A stretch of 64,000 bases of DNA from an uncultured Lentisphaeria bacterium (GTDB lineage Bacteria > Verrucomicrobiota > Lentisphaeria > Victivallales > UBA1829): positions 15,465 to 79,464 of the forward strand of contig CAJKAR010000014.1 in NCBI GenBank assembly GCA_905197955.1. The letters run 5' to 3'. This document shows, one piece after another, positions 55,323 through 62,333 of this stretch. The notes beneath the pieces are model-generated. The model did not search any database, was not told the origin of the DNA, and was given only the letters and a program-made list of their open reading frames with translations. Both the position numbers and the translations under genes were made by a program. Each line of letters opens with the position of its first letter. Positions within the stretch are counted from its first letter, which is position 1.

Positions 55323-55640
55323 ATGGCTTGGACACAAGCAGAAATCGAAACATGTATCGAAAACTGCAAGAAGAAAGCTGCTGTTGATGCGGATTTCCGT
55401 AAGAAACTGCTCGCAGATCCCGTCGCTGCAGTAAAAGAGATCTCCGGCAAGGAGGTGCCGGCAGGATTCAAAATTAAAGTTCTCGAAAATGATCCGAGCT
55501 ACGATGCAACCTTCGTTCTTCCGCCGCTCGTTTCGGGAAATATTTCCGACAGCGAACTGGATGATGTTACCGCCGGAATCTGCGGTTTGCTGAGTTGCGG
55601 AATGAAGGCCTGCGCCACAGAGGGAAATGGATCAAAATAA
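55323..55640 (+). CDS. NHLP (nitrile hydratase-like leader peptide) family RiPP precursor 1; predicted core ICGLLSCGMKACATEGNGSK
   Basis: 105 aa; the leader ...KKAAVDADFRKKLLADPVAAVKEISGKEVPAGFKIKVLENDPSYDATFVLPPLVSGNISDSELDDVTAG matches the NHLP pattern and ends in a double-glycine-type AG. AGGAGG lies 6 nt upstream of ATG 55323; the track ORF's 5' extension was rejected. Confidence 0.88.
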   Translation: MAWTQAEIETCIENCKKKAAVDADFRKKLLADPVAAVKEISGKEVPAGFKIKVLENDPSYDATFVLPPLVSGNISDSELDDVTAGICGLLSCGMKACATEGNGSK

Positions 55641-55642
55641 TT

Positions 55643-55679
55643 ACAGAAACATCCGGTTTCGCAGAGACCCTGTTTCTGT
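55643..55679 (+). other. Stem-loop between precursor genes 1 and 2
   Basis: ACAGAAACA (55643-55651) pairs with TGTTTCTGT (55671-55679). The 19-nt loop can itself form a short helix. No U-tract follows. Confidence 0.5.
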
Positions 55680-55737
55680 GTTACGGAATAACTCAAACAT
55701 AGCAATCTGAAATCACTTAAATCAAGGAGTTCGAATT

Positions 55738-56055
55738 ATGACCTGGACACAGACAGAAATTGAAGCATGCATCGTCAACTGCAAGAAAAAAGCCGCCGTC
55801 GATGCTGATTTCCGTAAAAAACTGCTGGCGGATCCCGCTGCGGCAGTAAAAGAAATTTCTGGCAAGGAGATTCCAGCAGGATTCAAGATCAAAATCCTCG
55901 AAAACGATCCGGGCTATGATGCCACTTTCGTTCTCCCTCCGCTCGTTTCGGGAAATCTCTCCGATAAAGAACTCGATGAAGTGGCAGCCGGCATCTGCGG
56001 TTTGCAGACCTGCGCCATGGATGCGTGCGGCGTCGCCGGGAACGGATCAAAATAA
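55738..56055 (+). CDS. NHLP family RiPP precursor 2; predicted core ICGLQTCAMDACGVAGNGSK
   Basis: 105 aa; it is a paralogue of precursor 1 with the leader conserved and the core diverged. AAGGAG lies 8 nt upstream. Confidence 0.88.
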   Translation: MTWTQTEIEACIVNCKKKAAVDADFRKKLLADPAAAVKEISGKEIPAGFKIKILENDPGYDATFVLPPLVSGNLSDKELDEVAAGICGLQTCAMDACGVAGNGSK

Positions 56056-56106
56056 ATCCGTCGGAAAAACCTGTACCCGGAAAAATCAAATCAGGAGAAA
56101 AGAACC

Positions 56107-56418
56107 ATGGCTTGGACTCAACAGGAAATCAATGAGTGCATCGCAGCCTGCAAACAAAAGGCTGCAACAGATGCTCAGTTTCGTCAGAAACTGCTGAAGG
56201 ATCCGGGAGAGGCAATCCGGGAAATTTCCGGCAAGGAAATCCCGGCAGGATTCCGGATTAAAGTGCTGGAAAGCGATCCGAATTATGATGCGACATTCGT
56301 GCTGCCTCCTCCGATCTCCGGCAATCTTTCTGACAAGGATCTGGATGGTGTAACTGGCGGCAGTCTCGTCTGCCCGGTCGAGGTCTGTGCTGCAAACGCC
56401 TGCGGTTGGGATAAGTAA
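56107..56418 (+). CDS. NHLP family RiPP precursor 3; predicted core SLVCPVEVCAANACGWDK
   Basis: 103 aa; the leader ...DAQFRQKLLKDPGEAIREISGKEIPAGFRIKVLESDPNYDATFVLPPPISGNLSDKDLDGVTGG ends in GG. AGGAG lies upstream. Confidence 0.88.
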   Translation: MAWTQQEINECIAACKQKAATDAQFRQKLLKDPGEAIREISGKEIPAGFRIKVLESDPNYDATFVLPPPISGNLSDKDLDGVTGGSLVCPVEVCAANACGWDK

Positions 56419-56443
56419 TTGCAATGCCGGAGGGACTTCCGCG

Positions 56444-57739
56444 ATGATGTGGTCAAGATATAATCGGGTATTCCATTCGCAAAAACGGGGATGGCTCCTC
56501 TACAACGCCCTCTCCAACACGTTTCTTGCGCTGCCGGATTCGTTCGGCAAAACGTTCGAAGCTCTGCGCGCCGGGGAGGAGTTCCTCTGTGAGGATCCCG
56601 GTATGACATTGCAGCTGATTGCGGCAAAAGCGCTTGTCGATCCCGGCGAAGATGATCGGCTGCGCGATGTGCTCCGAATGAAACGGCGTATGGCGGATTT
56701 CAGCGAACGCATTTTGCTGCTGACCATTGCTCCGACCCGGAACTGCAACTTCGCATGTCCTTACTGCTTCGAGGAAAACCGCGCAGGGATCAACATGAGC
56801 CGCGAAACGGAAGAGGAGCTGGTTCGCTTTGCCGAACGCTTCCAGCCGGGACAGCTGTTCGGCGTGACCTGGTTCGGAGGAGAACCCCTGCTGCGCTTTG
56901 AACAGATCCGGCGCCTCTCTGAACGCTTCCAGTCCATGGATTTCAAACACTACCGGGCCTCCCTGATCACCAACGGATATCTGCTGGATGCGGACAAGGC
57001 GGCACGGCTGGATGAACTGGCGATCCAGGAGGTGCAGATCACTCTTGACGGTCCTGAAGAAGTCCACGACCGCCGCAGAACCCTTGTCTCCGGGGGGCCG
57101 ACCTTCCGGAAGATTCTGGGAAATATTGATACTCTGTTTGCCTCCGCATGGACGGGACATCTGCAGCTCAGGGTCAATGTGGACCGGACCAATGCGGAAG
57201 ATTACCATCGGATCTACGAATTTCTGTACAGCAGATATCCGGAAAAGAGGGATCGTCTGCATGTCTATCCGGGAATTGTGCATGCGATGGGCAAGGAGAA
57301 TCCGGATACCGTCTGTCTTTTCAATGTTGACGAGGCCGCGGATTTCCAGATCGAACAGTTCCGCCGGTATGGGGTGCGGAACCAGACGTTCTATCCTCTC
57401 CGTAAATTGTTCAACTGCATCGCGGCAAGACGGAACGGATATGTCGTCGGCCCGGGAGGAGAACTTTACAAGTGCTGGAACGACATCGGAATCGAAAAGC
57501 GAATCGTTGGCTATGTGGATCCCCGGAAAATGTGGAACAACGAATTGCTCGCAGAGTGGCTGGAAGGACAGAATGCTCTGAATGATCCGGAGTGTCTTGC
57601 ATGTGGGCTGATGCCGATCTGTGACGGAGGCTGTCCGGCTCAGCGCCGGGAAAAGGCTCCTCACTGTTCCCGTTACCGGAATCGCCTGCCGGAACTGCTG
57701 GAGGCTCATTATGACTCTGTGCGGAATGAAAAAAATTGA
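56444..57739 (+). CDS. Radical SAM / SPASM-domain peptide maturase
   Basis: The CX3CX2C motif is TRNCNFACPYCFE. The full seven-Cys SPASM pattern is CIAARRNGYVVGPGGELYKC (CX13GX4C), CLACGLMPICDGGC (CX2CX5CX3C) and a trailing C in KAPHC. About 105 aa precede the cluster motif. ATG 56444 has GGAGG upstream. Confidence 0.85.
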   Translation: MMWSRYNRVFHSQKRGWLLYNALSNTFLALPDSFGKTFEALRAGEEFLCEDPGMTLQLIAAKALVDPGEDDRLRDVLRMKRRMADFSERILLLTIAPTRNCNFACPYCFEENRAGINMSRETEEELVRFAERFQPGQLFGVTWFGGEPLLRFEQIRRLSERFQSMDFKHYRASLITNGYLLDADKAARLDELAIQEVQITLDGPEEVHDRRRTLVSGGPTFRKILGNIDTLFASAWTGHLQLRVNVDRTNAEDYHRIYEFLYSRYPEKRDRLHVYPGIVHAMGKENPDTVCLFNVDEAADFQIEQFRRYGVRNQTFYPLRKLFNCIAARRNGYVVGPGGELYKCWNDIGIEKRIVGYVDPRKMWNNELLAEWLEGQNALNDPECLACGLMPICDGGCPAQRREKAPHCSRYRNRLPELLEAHYDSVRNEKN

Positions 57740-58688
57740 AATCGAGCCGCTTCATCTTTTCAATCTGAAGCACCATCGGTCATTTTTCACGGCGCGTCAG
57801 CAGGCGCTGTTCGGCGATTCCATGCCGGGCGGAAAGCATCTGTTTTTCGGCGCGCGCTGCGGGGAGGGGGCCGCTGGAGTGATCTGGGGGGGGCCGGACA
57901 GGGATCCGACGGGGATGTTTCTGTTTCATCTCTATGTGGCGGAGGAGTTCCGGCGCTGCGGAATTGGACGGATTTTGCTGGAAAAACTCTGTGCAGCTGC
58001 GTCGGAGGAGGGGTTCCGGAAAGTTTATGTGCGTTTCCGTCGCAGGAACAGTCAGGAAAGCGCGTTGTGGTGCCTGCTGAAGGGTTTTCCCGGTCCCTGT
58101 GTCCGACTGGAGACGGTTTTCCGGCTGGAGCTTCCCTCGGGAGCCGAACGGGAGCTGCGGGTGCGGACCCGGACCGGCCGCTGGCAGATACTGCCGCTGG
58201 AAACGGTTGTCGCAGGGCTCGGAGAGGAAAAACGGATGGAAATGGTGGAACGGGAACGCCGTTTCCTGAAAGGACTCGAACATCTGTCGCTGACGGATCC
58301 GGCGGAATGGAGAAAATTTCTCCGTGGAGATGTCTTTCTTGCGCCGTTTGGCGGCGAGTCCGGACTGCCCCGGTTCGGACGGGCATGCGTGGAACGGGAA
58401 TCGGGCCGTCTCGCCGGATGGATTTCCGGAGAGATCAAAGAGGGGGAACTGCATGTGCGCCGCGCTTTTGTCGAACCGGAGTTCCGGGGCGCGGAAGTCA
58501 TGGCGCTGTTGGCAGAAGAAGTCTATGCGTGGATGCACCGGACCGGCGGAACGGCCCGGTGGGAAGTGAAATATTGGAATCAGGTGTTTCAGCGGGGATG
58601 TCTCCGCTACGCCCGACGGTTGAAAATAGGCGAATCCATCGAGGATTGCGTCAAAATAATCCCTGCAGGAACAGGAGAGGAAAAATGA
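57711..58688 (+). CDS. Two-domain GNAT-family acyltransferase (N-terminal domain intact, C-terminal domain degenerate)
   Basis: LFHLYVAEEFRRCGIGRILLEKL is GNAT motif A (R-x-x-G-x-G). The second half, LHVRRAFVEPEFRGAEVMALLAEEV, is GNAT-like but lacks GxG. GGAGG lies 6 nt upstream of ATG 57711, and the gene overlaps the rSAM gene by 29 nt. Confidence 0.7.
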   Translation: MTLCGMKKIEIEPLHLFNLKHHRSFFTARQQALFGDSMPGGKHLFFGARCGEGAAGVIWGGPDRDPTGMFLFHLYVAEEFRRCGIGRILLEKLCAAASEEGFRKVYVRFRRRNSQESALWCLLKGFPGPCVRLETVFRLELPSGAERELRVRTRTGRWQILPLETVVAGLGEEKRMEMVERERRFLKGLEHLSLTDPAEWRKFLRGDVFLAPFGGESGLPRFGRACVERESGRLAGWISGEIKEGELHVRRAFVEPEFRGAEVMALLAEEVYAWMHRTGGTARWEVKYWNQVFQRGCLRYARRLKIGESIEDCVKIIPAGTGEEK

Positions 58689-59026
58689 ACAAAATCGAAG
58701 AAAATCTGGTAAAATGGAAAGAGATTGAAGCAAAGGTTATTGCGCGCGCTCTGACGGATGAGGCCTTCCGCACACGTCTGGAACAGGATCCCCGTGAAAC
58801 CATCGAAACCGAGCTCCAGTGCAAAATCAGCGGCGATGTGACATTCAAAGTCCGCGAAGAAGAAAATCCCGGAGAAATGACGATCCTTCTGCCGAAACTC
58901 CCCAAAAAAGAGACGGGGGAACAGCTTTCCGATCGCGAAATCGACGATATCGTTGCGGCTGGAAATATCGGAATTTCGGTCGGTATTGTCACCACGGATA
59001 TCGTCCTGGTCAAGGGAATCGTCTGA
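58685..59026 (+). CDS. NHLP family RiPP precursor 4 (proteusin-like); predicted core NIGISVGIVTTDIVLVKGIV
   Basis: 113 aa; the leader ...ARALTDEAFRTRLEQDPRETIETELQCKISGDVTFKVREEENPGEMTILLPKLPKKETGEQLSDREIDDIVAAG is followed by a Cys-free beta-branched hydrophobic core. The ATG overlaps the GNAT stop (ATGA at 58685-58688). It is embedded in the longer track ORF 58067..59026. Confidence 0.8.
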   Translation: MNKIEENLVKWKEIEAKVIARALTDEAFRTRLEQDPRETIETELQCKISGDVTFKVREEENPGEMTILLPKLPKKETGEQLSDREIDDIVAAGNIGISVGIVTTDIVLVKGIV

Positions 59027-59046
59027 GGCCCCGAAGGAGAACTTGA

Positions 59047-60393
59047 TTGAACTTCCCCGATTACAAGCGTTTTTTGGAATTCTACATGGGCGACGGCTCC
59101 TTCCGAGAGCGTTTTGATCGTGCTCCTGCCGCCGCTCTGCAGGATGCGGATCTGCATCCGGAGATGCCCCTGGAGTTCCTGCAGGCGGTGGCCGCCGGCT
59201 GCCGCAGCCGTGATTTCCGGCAGGTGACGGAGCATTTTCCTGAGGTGCTGGCAGTTCTGCGTCATTTTGCGGAAGAGCAGGAGGAGTGCAATCCGTTCAC
59301 CGTGCGCTGTCGGAAAGAGTGTTCTTCCCCCAATGCGCGTTTTGAAGCATGGCGGGAACGGAAACGGCAGGGGAACCGGGCAGTTCTCCAGCCGCTGTAT
59401 TTTGACCGGGCGTTTAATATCGCGGCGGCTTTCGAGCTTGGAGTCGGATGTTCCGGACAGTGCCGGTTCTGCTGTTTTGACGCGCCGCCTCTGCGCGAGA
59501 ATTTCCGGTACACTCCGGAAAATCGTGCATTATGGCGGGATATCCTCTCCCTTTTCCGGGATCGTTTTGGCGGTCGGGCTGGAGCGGCGGCTCTCTACTG
59601 GGCTACCGATCCTTTTGACAATCCGGATCTGGAACTGTTTTATGCGGATTTTTATGAAACGAATCAGGTCTGGCCGCCGATCACCTCGCGCTGGCCGCTT
59701 CGAGATCCCGCTCGAACTCGCCGTTTTGCGGAAGAAGGAAGGAAACATGGACAGCCATGCTGCCGTTTTTCCATCACGCAACGCGGAGAGCTGCGGAGAT
59801 TCTTCCAGGAGTTTTCCGCAGCGGAAACGATGGATTGGAGTCTTGTTCTGAACAATCCGGAATCGCTGAACTGCTATTCAATCAGCGGACGCGCACGGGA
59901 AAGGGATCCCGAAACGCCGGAAAAGTATCAGGAGGGAACGACAAGCTGCTGTCTTTCCGGATTTCTGGTGAATCTCTGCCGCAGAACGGTTGCGCTGGTA
60001 TCGCCCTGTGAACCGGGGGAGGCGGATCCGTTTGGATATCATCAGTGGGATGCGGCGGAGTTCCGCGATGCGGGGGAACTGGAGCAGGTGCTTGAAAAAA
60101 TGCAGAAGGAGTTCTTTCTCCAGGGACCGGAGGAACTGGCACGTCTGCGACTTTCTCCGGAATGGAACTTTACGATTTCGGGGGGAAGGGCGGAATTTGT
60201 CTCCCGCTATCTGGTACGCCGTTTTGAGGTGTCGCCGTCGGAACAGAATCTGCTGGAAAAGTTGAAAGCCGGAATTTCCCGGCAGGAATTTGAACAGGAG
60301 TTCGGCGGAATGCTTTCGCTGTTCGGGAACGTGCATGCACTGCTCGACTCCCTGTGGAAATTCGGAATGTTGTCGGAGGAGGAAGCATGTTGA
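59047..60393 (+). CDS. Radical SAM-like protein of unassigned subfamily
   Basis: 448 aa. GVGCSGQCRFCCFD contains CX3CX2C with the usual aromatic before the third Cys. Further Cys pairs are QPCCRF and TSCCLSGFLVNLC...SPC. The TTG start at 59047 lies 7 nt after AAGGAG; ATG 59086 is an alternative. Confidence 0.55.
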   Translation: MNFPDYKRFLEFYMGDGSFRERFDRAPAAALQDADLHPEMPLEFLQAVAAGCRSRDFRQVTEHFPEVLAVLRHFAEEQEECNPFTVRCRKECSSPNARFEAWRERKRQGNRAVLQPLYFDRAFNIAAAFELGVGCSGQCRFCCFDAPPLRENFRYTPENRALWRDILSLFRDRFGGRAGAAALYWATDPFDNPDLELFYADFYETNQVWPPITSRWPLRDPARTRRFAEEGRKHGQPCCRFSITQRGELRRFFQEFSAAETMDWSLVLNNPESLNCYSISGRARERDPETPEKYQEGTTSCCLSGFLVNLCRRTVALVSPCEPGEADPFGYHQWDAAEFRDAGELEQVLEKMQKEFFLQGPEELARLRLSPEWNFTISGGRAEFVSRYLVRRFEVSPSEQNLLEKLKAGISRQEFEQEFGGMLSLFGNVHALLDSLWKFGMLSEEEAC

Positions 60394-62321
60394 ATCCCGT
60401 TGATATCACGCTGGTGAATATGCCGTTTGCGATGCCCCTGGTGGCTCCGCTGGGAATGAATGTGCTGTGCGGAGCGCTGCGCAAAGCCGGATTGAGGGTC
60501 CGCTGCCGTTTTGCCAATGTTGATTTTGCGGAACGGGTTCCGGAGGAGCTGTATGACTATCCGGCATCGAACGGATTGAATGTGGATGTGATGCTTGGAG
60601 ACTGGCTGTTTTCGGAATCGCTGTTCGGGGCGGATCCGGAACGGGACCGTCGCTTTCTGGAGATGTTGAAGGAGGAAAACGAGCATGACCGGCTGGTCTG
60701 GAACCGTCGTTACCGGTCGCTGGACGATCTTCTGCGCGATCTGCCGCTGCTGAAACGCGAAGCGGTCCGCTGCGTGGAGAAAACCGCGGCAGAACTGGCG
60801 GATGGTTCCACCCGGATTGTCGGGTGTTCAAGTACTTTTTTCCAGCGTCTGGCCTCTCTGGCTCTTCTGAAGCGGGTTCGGGAGCTGAATCCGGAAGTCG
60901 TGACCTTTCTGGGCGGATCCGATTGCGAAAGCGAAGCCGGGATGGAGGCGGTTCTCCGGTTTCCGTTTCTCGACTATGTGTTCTGCGGAGAAGGGGATCT
61001 GACCGTGCCGGAAATGGCTCTCCGGATTGTGCGGAACGAGCGTTCCGCCGCCCTGCCGTTCGGTGTGTTCGACCGGGCAAAGGCGGAACGGGGAATCCCG
61101 GAAGTTGCATGTGTCCCGGGGGAACTGATCGCGGAACCCGACCCCGCGGACTATTATGAACGAATGAACGGGAGCCGTTTGAACCGGGCATCGGTCCGGA
61201 AATATTTTCTGGAGAGTTCGCGCGGCTGCTGGAAGGGGCAGAAGCAGCACTGCAGTTTCTGCGGACTGAACGGAGGACGAATCGCCTACCGGCGCAAAGA
61301 TCCCGAGCGTGTTCTGGCGGAACTGCGCCGAGGTTACCGGGAATTCGGCTGCCGGCTTTTCCTGACTTCCGATACCGTGCTGGATCTGAACCGGATGCGC
61401 GCTCCGCTCCGCACCTTCGGAGAGGAAACGCCCGATACGGTCATCAGCTTTGAAACGGTTTCAACCCTGACCGAAGAGCAGGTGCGGTTTCTTGCCGACA
61501 GCGGTGTGATGGTTATTCAGAGCGGAATCGAAACGCTTCATCCGAATCATATCCGCCTTCTGAACAAAGGCAACGATACGCTGTCAAGCATTGCACTCCT
61601 GAAATTCACACTGGAGAACCGCATTCAAGTTCTCTGGAACATGCTCAGCGGCATACCGGGCGATTCTCCCGAAGAATATCGCTGGGTGAAGGAACTGGTT
61701 CCGAAAATCATTCATCTGCCGGGACCGAACTGGGGGGCGATCCGCTTCGACCGCTTCAGTTTGTACTGGAAGGAACCGGAACGTTTCAATCTCCGTCTGG
61801 AACCGATGAAAGGATATCGCATTCTTATGCCGGAAGGTTCGGTTTCACTGGATCGCTGGGCGCTCTTCTACGACAATCGGAACCCCGGAGCCTGCACGCC
61901 GCAGAAGGAGATCGCCGATGTGCGCAAAACAGTCGATGAATGGTATCATGATTCTCATCCGGCGAAATATCATCTGGAATTTGCCGAACCGGATCTTCTC
62001 CGTGATACCCGTCCCTGCGCGGCGGTTCCCGAATACCGGCTCAGCCGGGCGGAACAGGCGATCCTCCAGGCGGCACGCTCTCCGGCAGATCGGACCGCTG
62101 TGGAAGCTGCGACTGGAAATTCTATGAAAATCATTGAAAAATTGAAGGAATACGGTTATCTTATTGAAGTGGAAAATCGACTTCTGGCGCTTCCGCTGAT
62201 TCCTCCTTCCGCGGAACGGATCGCGAAAAGCAGACTGCGCTACCGGAGTCTTTTCCGGGGACATACACCACCTGCCGCGGCCGTGCCGGAGGATACTCCG
62301 CTGATCAGGGTCGGCTCTTAA
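60387..62321 (+). CDS. Cobalamin-binding-domain radical SAM enzyme (RiPP-maturation C-methyltransferase-like, class B)
   Basis: 644 aa. ITLVNMPFAMPLVAPLGMNVLCGALRKAGL is the typical B12-domain start of this family. ESSRGCWKGQKQHCSFCGLNG has CX7CX2C spacing, as I recall for the TIGR03975-type family. GGAGGAGG lies upstream of ATG 60387, which overlaps the previous stop by 7 nt. Confidence 0.75.
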   Translation: MLNPVDITLVNMPFAMPLVAPLGMNVLCGALRKAGLRVRCRFANVDFAERVPEELYDYPASNGLNVDVMLGDWLFSESLFGADPERDRRFLEMLKEENEHDRLVWNRRYRSLDDLLRDLPLLKREAVRCVEKTAAELADGSTRIVGCSSTFFQRLASLALLKRVRELNPEVVTFLGGSDCESEAGMEAVLRFPFLDYVFCGEGDLTVPEMALRIVRNERSAALPFGVFDRAKAERGIPEVACVPGELIAEPDPADYYERMNGSRLNRASVRKYFLESSRGCWKGQKQHCSFCGLNGGRIAYRRKDPERVLAELRRGYREFGCRLFLTSDTVLDLNRMRAPLRTFGEETPDTVISFETVSTLTEEQVRFLADSGVMVIQSGIETLHPNHIRLLNKGNDTLSSIALLKFTLENRIQVLWNMLSGIPGDSPEEYRWVKELVPKIIHLPGPNWGAIRFDRFSLYWKEPERFNLRLEPMKGYRILMPEGSVSLDRWALFYDNRNPGACTPQKEIADVRKTVDEWYHDSHPAKYHLEFAEPDLLRDTRPCAAVPEYRLSRAEQAILQAARSPADRTAVEAATGNSMKIIEKLKEYGYLIEVENRLLALPLIPPSAERIAKSRLRYRSLFRGHTPPAAAVPEDTPLIRVGS

Positions 62322-62333
62322 ACAGGATATAGA

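Noticed and set aside
55323-56418. The possibility that the three about-105-aa proteins are genuine nitrile hydratase alpha subunits.
   Set aside because: They are about half the length of NHase alpha and lack the metal-binding C(S/T)LCSC motif. They end in a double-glycine-type site followed by a short variable Cys-rich tail, and they sit next to rSAM maturases and a C39 exporter. This is the NHLP precursor situation.
56453-57709. A 418-aa minus-strand ORF inside the RiPP cluster.
   Set aside because: It is antisense to the radical SAM/SPASM gene, whose CX3CX2C and seven-Cys SPASM motifs are intact on the plus strand.
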